12,344 nucleotides of DNA from Zoogloeaceae bacterium (GTDB lineage: Bacteria; Pseudomonadota; Gammaproteobacteria; Burkholderiales; Rhodocyclaceae), in contig JAITMP010000012.1 in NCBI GenBank assembly GCA_031277315.1, positions 1 through 12,344 on the forward strand. The letters run 5' to 3'. A program made the position numbers and the translations under genes. Within the stretch, counting starts at the first letter, position 1, and each line of letters starts with the position of its first letter. The notes under the pieces were generated by a model. That model ran no database searches. It was not told where the DNA came from and was given only the letters and a program-made list of their open reading frames with translations. Of the stretch, positions 1 to 9,351 are shown in pieces.

Positions 1-1
1 C

Positions 2-178
2 GAATACCATCGCGCGCATATCCGGAGCAAACGCAACCCGCTCGATTTGCTGGCGGGTTATGTTGGCGCGGGCGACGGCCCGCAGGATTTGTCCGCCAAT
101 TACAAGTCGTATCTGACCCAGGCGCTGGAAGACAAAATCCCGCTTGCGGTGCACGAAAAGGACCCCACGGATTCATGA
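2..178 (+). CDS. 3' part of a small ORF (frame 2) ending TGA at 176-178, overlapping the downstream PIN gene start by 4 nt (ATGA); putative type II antitoxin (VapB-like), 5' end outside the window
   Basis: Frame 2 is open from the window edge. GC3-rich codon usage, unlike frame 1. The ATGA stop/start overlap with a PIN-domain gene is classic TA operon architecture. The family cannot be assigned from the C-terminal 58 aa. Confidence 0.4.
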   Translation, partial: EYHRAHIRSKRNPLDLLAGYVGAGDGPQDLSANYKSYLTQALEDKIPLAVHEKDPTDS

Positions 179-591
179 TACTGGCCGATAGCGGGTTCTG
201 GATTGCGCTGGGCAACCGGCGTGATCGCCATCATGCCGCCGCGCGCGCCGCCGCTGAACGCTGGGCCGGCGAAGGGTTCGTCAGCACTTGGCCGGTGCTG
301 ACTGAAGTGACGCATTTGTTGACTGCGCGCATCGGCATTCATCAAGCGCTGGAATTCATGGATGCCATCGCGCAAGGCGCATGCGAAGTGCCGCCGCCGC
401 CCGACAACGCGCTGGCGCACGCTGCCGCGCTGATGCGCCGCTACCGTGATTTACCCATGGACCTGGCCGATGCCTCGCTGGTTATTTTGGCCGAGCAACT
501 GAATGAAGGCCGCATTCTTTCCACCGATCTGCGCGACTTCGGCGGCTACCGCTGGAAAAACACGCAGCCTTTCACCAACCTGCTGCTGTAA
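175..591 (+). CDS. vapC: PIN-domain toxin (VapC family ribonuclease), 138 aa
   Basis: N-terminal [11 protein letters not shown] motif. Acidic residues spaced as in a PIN fold (D at 5, E at 44 in TEVTHLL, D at about 99-102 in DLADASL, D at 120 in STDLRDF). Its size and the translationally coupled upstream small ORF also fit. Confidence 0.75.
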   Translation: MILADSGFWIALGNRRDRHHAAARAAAERWAGEGFVSTWPVLTEVTHLLTARIGIHQALEFMDAIAQGACEVPPPPDNALAHAAALMRRYRDLPMDLADASLVILAEQLNEGRILSTDLRDFGGYRWKNTQPFTNLLL

Positions 592-629
592 CCGGGATCA
601 GGGTCAGCGAAGCGCCGGCATCGAATCGC

Positions 630-1358
630 TCACGCCTCGTCGATGGCGGCGGTTGTATAGACTTCCTGCACGTCGTCGAGCGCGTCGAGCGCGTCGAGCA
701 GCCTTTGCATTTTGGCGGCGTCTTCGCCAGCGAGCGTGGTTTCGTTGAGCGGCTTCAGGGTGATGTCGGCGATTTCGGTTTTCAGACCGGCTTGCTCCAG
801 ACCGGCCTTGACGGCGTGGAAATCGACCGGAGCGCAGATGACTTCAATGCTGCCGTCTTCGTTGGCGAGCACGTCTTCAGCGCCGGCTTCCAGCGCTGCG
901 TCCATCACCTTGTCCTCGCTGGCGCCCGGCGCGAAGATGAACTGGCCGCAGTGCTTGAACTGGAAGGCGACCGAGCCTTCCGCGCCCATGTTGCCGCCGT
1001 GCTTGGAAAAAGCATGGCGCACGTCGGCGACGGTGCGCGTCTTGTTGTCCGTCAGACAATCCACCATCACCGCCGCGCCGCCGATGCCGTAGCCCTCGTA
1101 GCGGATTTCCTCGTAGGTGACGCCATCGAGCTGCCCGGTGCCGCGCTTGATGGCGTTGTCCATATTGTCCCTGGGCAGGCTTTGCGCCTTGGCTTTTTCG
1201 ATCGCCAGACGCAAGCGCGGATTGCTGTTGGGATCGCCGCCGCCCATTTTGGCGGCAACGGTGATTTCCTTGATGAGCTTGGTGAAAACTTTGCCGCGCT
1301 TGGCGTCCTGACGCCCTTTGCGGTGCTGGATGTTGGCCCATTTGGAGTGGCCGGCCAT
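630..1358 (-). CDS. yebC: YebC/PmpR family DNA-binding transcriptional regulator (DUF28), 242 aa
   Basis: N-terminus [32 protein letters not shown] is the hallmark YebC/PmpR start. Length is about 242 aa. RBS GAGAGG lies 6 nt upstream of ATG (cat at 1356-1358). The longer 689-aa ORF in the same frame is an upstream read-through with no support. Confidence 0.9.
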   Translation of the reverse strand: MAGHSKWANIQHRKGRQDAKRGKVFTKLIKEITVAAKMGGGDPNSNPRLRLAIEKAKAQSLPRDNMDNAIKRGTGQLDGVTYEEIRYEGYGIGGAAVMVDCLTDNKTRTVADVRHAFSKHGGNMGAEGSVAFQFKHCGQFIFAPGASEDKVMDAALEAGAEDVLANEDGSIEVICAPVDFHAVKAGLEQAGLKTEIADITLKPLNETTLAGEDAAKMQRLLDALDALDDVQEVYTTAAIDEA

Positions 1359-1421
1359 GATCAACCTCTCGTCGAAACGCTGCTGATAAAATGCGATTTT
1401 ACACTTACGGGGAATCCGCCG

Positions 1422-2915
1422 ATGGCCCAGCCACTTGTTATTGCACAGACCGGCGCGCTCGAACTGGCGCTGCTGCCGGCGCTCGCTAACCGCCACGGCC
1501 TGATTACTGGCGCCACCGGCACCGGCAAGACTGTCACCCTGCAAGTGCTGGCCGAGCGGTTGTCCTCGATCGGCGTGCCGGTGTTTCTGGCCGATGTGAA
1601 AGGCGATCTTTCCGGGCTGGCCGCGCCCGGCGCCATGACGTCGAAGCTGAAAGCGCGTCTCGATTCGCTTGGCATCGCGGCGCCGGAACCGGCGGCGTTT
1701 CCGGCGGTGTTCTGGGACGTGTTCGGTGAAGCTGGCCATCCGGTGCGCGCCACCGTCTCTGACATGGGGCCGCTGTTGCTTGGTCGTCTGCTCAATCTCA
1801 ACGACACGCAGGCCGGCGTGTTGCAGCTTGTTTTCAAGATCGCCGACGATGCCGGCTTGCTGCTGCTCGATCTGAAAGATCTGCGCGCGATGGTGCAGCA
1901 TGTCGGCGACAATGCCAAACAATTTACCACCGAATACGGCAACGTTTCCACTGCCTCGATCGGCGCCATTCAGCGCAACCTGCTGGCGCTGGAAGCGCAG
2001 GGCGGCGAACAATTCTTCGGCGAGCCGATGCTGGATATCGCCGACCTCATGCAAACCGATGGGCAAGGCCGCGGCATCGTCAATATCCTCGCCGCCGATA
2101 AGCTGCTCAACGCGCCGCGCCTGTATTCGACCTTTCTGCTCTGGTTGCTGTCCGAACTGTTCGAGCGGCTGCCGGAAGTCGGCGATCCCGAGCAGCCGAA
2201 GCTGGTCTTTTTCTTCGACGAAGCGCATCTGCTGTTCAACGAAGCGCCGCCCGCGCTGCTGGAGAAAATCGAGCAGGTCGTGCGCCTGATTCGCTCCAAG
2301 GGCGTCGGCGTTTACTTCATCTCGCAGAATCCGCTCGATGTGCCGCAGACGGTGCTCGGGCAACTCGGCAACCGGGTGCAGCACGCCCTGCGCGCCTTCA
2401 CGCCGCGCGACCAGAAAGCGGTGAAAACGGCGGCGCAAACCCTGCGCCAGAATCCCGCCATCAATACCGAAACCGCCATCACGGAGATGGGCGTCGGCGA
2501 GGCGCTGATTTCCTTCCTCGATGAAAAGGGTCGACCGAATGTGGTCGAACGCGCTTTCATCCTGCCGCCGGCTTCCCGCATCGGGCCGTTGACGGCGGAA
2601 GAACGCAGCGCCGTCATCCGGCGCTCGCTGCTGTCCGGCCATTACGAAAAAGCGGTAGACCGCGAATCCGCCTACGAAAAACTGAAAGCGCGCGCCCAAG
2701 CGGCGGAAGAAGCCGCGCCGCCCGCGAAAGCGTCGCGGCAGCAGTCACAGCCGCAATCCTCCGGCAGCATTCTCGGCGATCTGTTCGGCGGCGGTGGCCG
2801 CCGCCAGTCGGTGGGCGAAGCGGCGGTCAAGAGCGCCGCCCGCGCCATCGGCTCCGAATTTGGCCGTCAAGTGTTGCGCGGCGTGCTCGGTTCGATCCTC
2901 GGCAAGCGGAGCTAA
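1422..2915 (+). CDS. DUF853 / YjgR-like HerA-type P-loop NTPase, 497 aa
   Basis: Walker A GATGTGKT near the N-terminus in the context [21 protein letters not shown]...[15 protein letters not shown] typical of DUF853 (E. coli YjgR-like). The low-complexity C-terminal tail is typical of this family. ATG at 1422 is preceded by GGGGAA. TAAAAT -10-like box at 1387-1392. Divergent from yebC. Confidence 0.75.
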   Translation: MAQPLVIAQTGALELALLPALANRHGLITGATGTGKTVTLQVLAERLSSIGVPVFLADVKGDLSGLAAPGAMTSKLKARLDSLGIAAPEPAAFPAVFWDVFGEAGHPVRATVSDMGPLLLGRLLNLNDTQAGVLQLVFKIADDAGLLLLDLKDLRAMVQHVGDNAKQFTTEYGNVSTASIGAIQRNLLALEAQGGEQFFGEPMLDIADLMQTDGQGRGIVNILAADKLLNAPRLYSTFLLWLLSELFERLPEVGDPEQPKLVFFFDEAHLLFNEAPPALLEKIEQVVRLIRSKGVGVYFISQNPLDVPQTVLGQLGNRVQHALRAFTPRDQKAVKTAAQTLRQNPAINTETAITEMGVGEALISFLDEKGRPNVVERAFILPPASRIGPLTAEERSAVIRRSLLSGHYEKAVDRESAYEKLKARAQAAEEAAPPAKASRQQSQPQSSGSILGDLFGGGGRRQSVGEAAVKSAARAIGSEFGRQVLRGVLGSILGKRS

Positions 2916-2922
2916 TCTGTTC

Positions 2923-3807
2923 ATGGCGCAGGCGCGCACGCTCGGTCTGTTGCTGGCCGGACTGTCGGCGGTTGCTTTTTCCTTCAAGGCGGTTTTCGTC
3001 AAGCTCGGCCTCGCTCACGGCGCCGACGCGCTGACCCTGCTCGCCTTGCGCATGGGTTTCGCCCTGCCGGTTTTTCTTTTCATGGCCTGGCGCAGCGGCG
3101 CGGGCGGCCTCACGCGGCGCGACTGGCTATGGCTGGCGGCGCTCGGCGCGGTCGGCTATTACCTGTCGAGCCTGTTCGATTTCCTTGGCTTGCAGTACAT
3201 CAGCGTCGGCCTCGAACGCATGATCTTGTTCACCTATCCGACGCTGGTGGCGCTGTTCTCGGCGCTGTTTTTCGGCCATGCCATCCGGCCGGCGGCGTGG
3301 GGCGCGCTGGCGCTGTCCTACATCGGCATCGGCCTCGCCGTTTCGCACGATCTGGCTTTCGCCGGCGCATCGCGCGAGTTGATCGCCGGCAGCCTGTGGG
3401 TGTTCGCCAGCGCGGTCAGCTACGCGCTGTTCTGGATGGGTTCCGGCCACGTCGTCATGCGCGTCGGCGCAACGCGCATGACGGCCTTCGTCTCGATCTT
3501 CGCCTGCCTGTTCGTGCTCGGCCATTTCGCCATAGCGCATCCGTTGGCGTCCTTGGCGGCGCCGATGCCGGTGTACATCGACGCGCTGGCGCTGGCGCTG
3601 CTATGCACGGTGCTGCCGATCTGGCTGCAAGCCGGGGCGCTGCGCCGCATCGACGCGCCCACCGCCGCCCTGATCGGCACGCTCGGGCCGGTCATCACCA
3701 TCCTGCTTGGCTGGTGGATACTCGGCGAAGCCATGTCCCTCACCCAATTCGCCGGCCTGAGTCTGGTCGTCGCCGGCGTCCTGCTGGTGGGCGCGAAGCC
3801 GACCTGA
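2923..3807 (+). CDS. EamA/DMT-superfamily permease (two EamA repeats, about 10 TM segments), 294 aa
   Basis: Hydrophobic protein with the duplicated EamA-like pattern (FKAVFVKLGL... in the N-terminal half, LGEAMSLTQFAGLSLVVAGVLLV at the C-terminus). GGAG sits upstream of ATG 2923. The in-frame extension to 2794 overlaps the upstream gene and is rejected. Confidence 0.75.
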   Translation: MAQARTLGLLLAGLSAVAFSFKAVFVKLGLAHGADALTLLALRMGFALPVFLFMAWRSGAGGLTRRDWLWLAALGAVGYYLSSLFDFLGLQYISVGLERMILFTYPTLVALFSALFFGHAIRPAAWGALALSYIGIGLAVSHDLAFAGASRELIAGSLWVFASAVSYALFWMGSGHVVMRVGATRMTAFVSIFACLFVLGHFAIAHPLASLAAPMPVYIDALALALLCTVLPIWLQAGALRRIDAPTAALIGTLGPVITILLGWWILGEAMSLTQFAGLSLVVAGVLLVGAKPT

Positions 3808-3810
3808 CTT

Positions 3811-4638
3811 TTATAGCCCCAAGCGCTGGCAGATCGTGGCGGTCAGGCCGGCTTGGTTGAGGGTGTAGAAGTGCAGCCCCGGCGCGCCGGCGGCGAGGAG
3901 GCGTTGGCAAAGATCGGTGACGACATCGAGGCCGAAGGCGCGCACGGCAGCGGCATCGTCGCCGAGGCTTTCAAACTTGCGCCGCATCCAGCGCGGAATT
4001 TCGGCGCCGCAGGCATCCGAGAAGCGGGCGATCTTGCTGAAGTTGGCGATCGGCATGATGCCGGGCACGATCGGCACGGTGACGCCGAGCGCTTGCGCCG
4101 CGTCGACGAAGTGCGCGTAGGCGTCGGCGTTGTAGAAGTATTGCGTGATGGCGCCGTTGGCGCCGGCGTCGACCTTGCGCTTGAAGTTGAGAAGATCGTC
4201 GCGCGGGCTGCGCGCTTGCGGGTGGTACTCGGGATAGGCGGCGACTTCAATGTGGAACCAGTTGCCGGTTTCGGCGCGGATGAAGTCGACCAGCTCGTTG
4301 GCATGGCGGAATTCGCCCGGATCGGCCATGCCGGAGGGAAGATCGCCGCGCAGGGCGACGATGCGGCGGATGCCGGCGTCCTGATAGCGCGTCAGCAAGG
4401 CGCGCACGTTCTGCCGCGTCGAGCCGACGCAGGAGAGGTGCGGTGCCGCCGGCAGGCCCTCGGCCTGCATCTCCAGCACGGTTTCCAGCGTGCGGTCGCG
4501 GGTGGAGCCGCCGGCGCCGAAGGTGCAGGAGAAGAAGGCCGGCCCAAGCTGCGCCAACTGGCGCCGCGTGGCGCGCAGCTTTTCGGCGCCCTCGGCGGTC
4601 TGCGGCGGAAAAAACTCGAAGGAAATTTCGGCTTTCAT
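3811..4638 (-). CDS. metF: 5,10-methylenetetrahydrofolate reductase MetF, 275 aa
   Basis: N-terminus ISFEFFPP... and full-length MetF-like sequence (FAD-binding TIM barrel motifs). Start ATG at 4638 lies 4 nt after the ahcY stop, so the two are translationally coupled. Confidence 0.9.
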   Translation of the reverse strand: MKAEISFEFFPPQTAEGAEKLRATRRQLAQLGPAFFSCTFGAGGSTRDRTLETVLEMQAEGLPAAPHLSCVGSTRQNVRALLTRYQDAGIRRIVALRGDLPSGMADPGEFRHANELVDFIRAETGNWFHIEVAAYPEYHPQARSPRDDLLNFKRKVDAGANGAITQYFYNADAYAHFVDAAQALGVTVPIVPGIMPIANFSKIARFSDACGAEIPRWMRRKFESLGDDAAAVRAFGLDVVTDLCQRLLAAGAPGLHFYTLNQAGLTATICQRLGL

Positions 4639-4642
4639 GGCA

Positions 4643-6064
<1,422 letters not shown>

Positions 6065-6134
6065 GTTCTCTCCTTGAACTGTGACCGGAAAGGAATGCCC
6101 CGATTTGATTCGGCTCACCTCCCCGGACAACGGG

Positions 6135-6200
6135 TTAGGCGAGCGCGGTTCTGAAATTCCGAGCCTGGGGGATAAAACCCTCGCAGCGCTCCTCGGAGTG
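6135..6200 (-). promoter_or_regulatory. SAH riboswitch aptamer (S-adenosylhomocysteine-sensing, RF01057-like) in the ahcY 5' leader
   Basis: The minus-strand RNA reads CUCCGAGGAGCGCUGCGAGGGUUUUAUCCCCCAGGCUCGGAAUUUCAGAACCGCGCUCGCC. It contains the signature CCGAGGAGCGCUGCGA ... AGGCUCGGAA ... AACNGCGCUC blocks, including the GAGCGC/GCGCUC pseudoknot complement. It lies about 70 nt upstream of ahcY, the canonical SAH-riboswitch target, followed by metF. Confidence 0.8.
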
Positions 6201-6206
6201 GGCGGG

Positions 6207-6235
6207 ATTATAGCGGGTGATGGAAATTAGAACAA
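6207..6235 (-). promoter_or_regulatory. Putative sigma70 promoter for the riboswitch-ahcY-metF transcript (-10 TATAAT at 6207-6212 rc, -35 TTGTTC at 6230-6235 rc, 17-nt spacer)
   Basis: Perfect TATAAT hexamer on the minus strand about 7-10 nt upstream of the first conserved riboswitch nucleotides. The -35 is weak (TTG only). Confidence 0.4.
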
Positions 6236-6360
6236 AGGGTAATTAACCGCAGGGGCAAGGGTCTCCCGCACGGCTTATAAGATTTACTACAAAAAACGCT
6301 TCACCTTGCACATTCGACCGTGCATCGCAAGACGGCAGGTTATAACGTCGCGCCAGTTGC

Positions 6361-6401
6361 AAAATAAACAATGAAGAAAGACGGCGGCATTTCTGCCGCC
6401 G
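6361..6401 (-). terminator. Rho-independent terminator downstream of rtcB
   Basis: On the minus strand: 8-bp GC stem CGGCGGCA / UGCCGCCG with GAAA loop (plus coordinates 6382-6401), followed by UCUUUCUUCAUUGUUUAUUUUG. It lies 14 nt after the rtcB stop (TAA 6415-6417 rc). Confidence 0.55.
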
Positions 6402-6414
6402 CCGTTTCCCGTCA

Positions 6415-7632
6415 TTACCCTTTCACACACACGATTTGCTTCAGTGTGTACACCACTTCCACCAAGTCCGCCTGCGCGGCCATCACGGCGTCGATGTCCT
6501 TGTAGGCGGCCGGCGTTTCGTCAATCACGCCGGCATCCTTGTGGCATTCGACACCGCGAGTAGCCGCTTCGTGGTCGGCGACGGTGTAGGTCGCTTTCGC
6601 CTTGGTGCGGCTCATCACGCGGCCTGCGCCATGCGAGCAGCTTTCAAAACTCTCCGGATTGCCGAGACCACGCACGATGAAGCTGCGCGCGCCCATGCTG
6701 CCGGGGATGATGCCAAGCTGCCCTTTTCTGGCGCTAACCGCGCCCTTGCGGGTGACGTACACGTCCTCGCCGAAGTGGTGTTCCTTTTGCACATAGTTGT
6801 GGTGGCAATTCACCGCTTCCAGGTGTGTCTGGAAAGGCTTGGCGATTACTTTGCGCACGGCCTCGATGACCGACTGCATCATCACTTCCCGATTCAGCGC
6901 CGCGAACTTTTGCGCCCAGCCGACTGCGCGGACGTAGTCAGTAAAGTATTTGCTGCCTTCCTCGAAGTAAGCCAGATCGCGATCCGGCAGATGAACGTCA
7001 TTTTTCATGGCGTCCTCGCGCGCCAGCGCGATGAACATGGTGCCGATGGCATTGCCCACACCACGGCTGCCCGAGTGCAACATGAACCAGACCGCGCCTT
7101 GCTCATCGAGGCAAACTTCCACGAAGTGATTGCCGGTTCCCAATGTGCCCAGATGGTTGATGTTGTTGGTCTTCGCCAATTGCGGATACTCCTGTGCCAA
7201 CGCTTCAAACTCAGGACGCAATTCAGCCCATGCCTTGCTCACAGATTCCGGCGCTTTCTCCAGCTTCCATGCGCCGGGGTCGCCCATGCCGGGACGCCGC
7301 CCGTGCGGAACGGCCTTTTCGATGGCCGCGCGCATGGGCGCCAGGTTGTCGGGCAAGTCTTCGGCGCACAAGGTTGTCTTGCAGGCGATCATGCCGCAAC
7401 CGATGTCCACGCCAACGGCGGCGGGAATGATGGCGCGCAAGGTCGGCACGACCGATCCCACCGTCGCACCAATGCCCACATGCACATCCGGCATGGCGGC
7501 CACGTGCTTGAACACGATGGGCAACCGGGCAGTGTTCGACAACTGCTCCAGTGCCTTGGGTTCAACAGGCACGCCATTTGTCCATCGCTTCAGCGGAACG
7601 CCGCCTTCGATTTGTTCTTCGATGTATCGCAT
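6415..7632 (-). CDS. rtcB: RNA-splicing ligase RtcB (3'-phosphate/2',3'-cyclic phosphate + 5'-OH RNA ligase), 405 aa
   Basis: Full-length RtcB-like sequence: MPDVHVGIGATVGSV, GVDIGCGM, metal-binding His clusters, and the C-terminal CxHGAGR motif at SCSHGAGRVMSR. Start chosen at ATG 7632 (MRYIEE...) with GGAGGAAAU 9 nt upstream. The ORF-track start at 7653 is a TTG. Confidence 0.9.
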   Translation of the reverse strand: MRYIEEQIEGGVPLKRWTNGVPVEPKALEQLSNTARLPIVFKHVAAMPDVHVGIGATVGSVVPTLRAIIPAAVGVDIGCGMIACKTTLCAEDLPDNLAPMRAAIEKAVPHGRRPGMGDPGAWKLEKAPESVSKAWAELRPEFEALAQEYPQLAKTNNINHLGTLGTGNHFVEVCLDEQGAVWFMLHSGSRGVGNAIGTMFIALAREDAMKNDVHLPDRDLAYFEEGSKYFTDYVRAVGWAQKFAALNREVMMQSVIEAVRKVIAKPFQTHLEAVNCHHNYVQKEHHFGEDVYVTRKGAVSARKGQLGIIPGSMGARSFIVRGLGNPESFESCSHGAGRVMSRTKAKATYTVADHEAATRGVECHKDAGVIDETPAAYKDIDAVMAAQADLVEVVYTLKQIVCVKG

Positions 7633-7647
7633 TTCATATTTCCTCCA

Positions 7648-7683
7648 GAGCAATCCGGAGGAGATTCCTCCTCCGGGTTGCTC
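7648..7683 (-). promoter_or_regulatory. Intercistronic stem-loop (16-bp stem, 4-nt loop, one mismatch) between the SPFH gene stop and the rtcB RBS
   Basis: Plus-strand gagcaaTccggaggag-attc-ctcctccggGttgctc is a near-perfect palindrome. The arms contain GGAGGAG/CUCCUCC (SD and anti-SD-like), immediately 5' of the rtcB SD (UGGAGGAAAU). No U-tract follows, so it is not a canonical terminator. Confidence 0.4.
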
Positions 7684-8818
7684 AATTCAATTTAACCAAG
7701 CCGTTCAGCACCTGATCCAGACCACCGAACACGGAAATCCGGTCGATACGCTCGGCTACGCGCTCCAGCGTTTCCAGCTCTTTCAGACGCAAAGCCACAG
7801 GGTTGTCCTCCATGACCTTGGCGGTGTTGAGCAGGGAACGCGTCGCCGCAGTTTCCTCACGACGGCGGATGACGTTGGCCTCAGCCGTTTTACCCGCTTC
7901 CACGACACGCGCCAGAATGGTTTTCATGTCGCCGGGAAGCACGATGTCCTTCACGCCGACGCCTTCCAGCGACAGGCCGTTTTCTGTCAGACGCGCTTGC
8001 ACTTGCCGAATCACGACTTCGTCGATGACGGTTTTGTTTTCCAGCAATTCATCCAGCGTGCGCGTACCCACGGCAGCGCGCAACGCCAGTTGCAACTCGC
8101 GATACAGATAATCCGCGGGCGAGGAAAGTTCGCGATGCGCCTTGAGCACGTCAACATAACGCCATGTGGCAGACAAATTCAGCCGTAAAGCCACTTTGTC
8201 GCGCGTCAGGATTTCCTGACCGGAAACCTCCATAGCCTGCAAACGCAGATCAACCACATCCACCGACACCACGTGGCTGAACTTCCAGAAAGCATGTGCG
8301 CCGGTATCCAGCAAGCCGATCACTTTGCCATCGACCCGCAGAATGCCCACGCCATGATCCGGCACCTGAATCTGCAACACGCCATGCAAAGCCGTCGCGA
8401 TACGTTGACGCGATTGCATTTGCAGCAGGCGGGAATTCAGCGCTTGCGGTACTTCTACCGTGTCAGCAATATCGATAACTTCCGCCTGCACGTCGATCAG
8501 CCCTTTCCAGTACAGACGGCGCGAACCGGGGCGCAAGATTTCCACCAGCACACCGCTTTCGCTGCGCAGACCGACCTGATTTTCGGAAAGTTCGACACGC
8601 AGGAATTCACGCGCAACCACTTCCGGCTCTTGCGCCAGCAGATAATCCAGCAGCTCGTGCGCGAACTCGGGCTGCTCCAGATTGAAGCGTTGCACCGAGA
8701 GCTTGTCGAAAGCGCTGAATAGATTGTGCGTGCCCGCGTGCAGCACGCGTTCGAAATCGCCGTTGCGCAGCAACAGGCCACGCTCATTTTTTCGAATCGT
8801 AATTCGGTTGAAATTCAT
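7682..8818 (-). CDS. SPFH/Band-7 (stomatin/prohibitin/flotillin/HflKC superfamily, slipin-like) protein without an obvious TM anchor, 378 aa
   Basis: C-terminal region ...DIVLPGDMKTILARVVEAGKTAEANVIRRREETAATRSLLNTAKVMEDNPVALRLKELETLERVAE carries the conserved SPFH coiled-coil and the NP(A/V)AL(R/Q)L(K/R)xLETL motif. AAGGAGA RBS lies 5 nt before ATG 8818. The stop is 49 nt upstream of the rtcB start, consistent with one operon. Confidence 0.75.
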   Translation of the reverse strand: MNFNRITIRKNERGLLLRNGDFERVLHAGTHNLFSAFDKLSVQRFNLEQPEFAHELLDYLLAQEPEVVAREFLRVELSENQVGLRSESGVLVEILRPGSRRLYWKGLIDVQAEVIDIADTVEVPQALNSRLLQMQSRQRIATALHGVLQIQVPDHGVGILRVDGKVIGLLDTGAHAFWKFSHVVSVDVVDLRLQAMEVSGQEILTRDKVALRLNLSATWRYVDVLKAHRELSSPADYLYRELQLALRAAVGTRTLDELLENKTVIDEVVIRQVQARLTENGLSLEGVGVKDIVLPGDMKTILARVVEAGKTAEANVIRRREETAATRSLLNTAKVMEDNPVALRLKELETLERVAERIDRISVFGGLDQVLNGLVKLN

Positions 8819-9098
8819 GATTTCTCCTTTTTTCTTCTTTCAATAACAAGTGCCGTTACAGCAGTAGCGGCGGACAGGGAAGCGCCATACCTTGACCTGT
8901 CGGTGCGCATGGTCAATCAAGATCGACCCGGCTTGCCGAAGGCGCCGATATGGAGGATTCCATGCCGGGCCGCTACCGCTGACGGATGACAGACCGGCTG
9001 ATGCAGAGCCATGCCAGCCTCTGCATGCAACCAAGCTGCAACCCGCGTTCGACGTGGTCTTGCGACCGTTTTTGGTGATTGATTTTCAGTCAATCGTT

Positions 9099-9171
9099 TG
9101 GCTTTTGGAGCGGGATTCGAACCCGCAACAACAGTTATACAGACTGTCGCGCACCGCTGCGCCATCCAAAA
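9099..9171 (-). tRNA. tRNA-like gene, 73 nt with encoded CCA; cloverleaf with anticodon GUA (Tyr-like) but class I (4-nt variable loop), U1-A72, G73 and U37
   Basis: Hand-folded from the minus strand: UUUUGGA-UG-GCGC-AGCGGU-GCGC-G-ACAGU-CUGUAUA-ACUGU-UGUU-GCGGG-UUCGAAU-CCCGC-UCCAAAA-G-CCA. The T-loop UUCGAAU is canonical and all four stems pair perfectly. The anticodon loop differs from the bacterial tRNA-Tyr loop CUGUAAA only by A37U, yet it lacks the long variable arm and A73 of bacterial tRNA-Tyr. Confidence 0.5.
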
Positions 9172-9351
9172 CACTCTCGTTGGTTTTCGGGACCAAGAGA
9201 TTGCATCAACCAATTCCTGCTCGGCGGCATACGCGATCACGACGGAATTTTTCACTCCGGCAATGCGCACCGGCGTGGCGGGATTCCTCCCTAACCCCTG
9301 ACCTGTTAGCGTTGCATTCCTTGATTAATTCTTTACAGCCCGGCTTTACAA

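Noticed and set aside
630-2699. 689-aa minus-strand ORF and 736-aa plus-strand ORF (705-2915) spanning both yebC and the DUF853 gene
   Set aside because: Only the segments with recognisable protein identity and RBSs are kept: yebC 630-1358 minus and the ATPase 1422-2915 plus. The remainder are open antisense or read-through frames typical of high-GC DNA.
8960-9030. Sigma54 (-24/-12) promoter TGGCATGGCTCTGCA upstream of the SPFH-rtcB operon, by analogy with RtcR-controlled rtcBA
   Set aside because: GG to GC spacing is one nucleotide short of the strict sigma54 spacing, and no rtcR-like activator gene is present.
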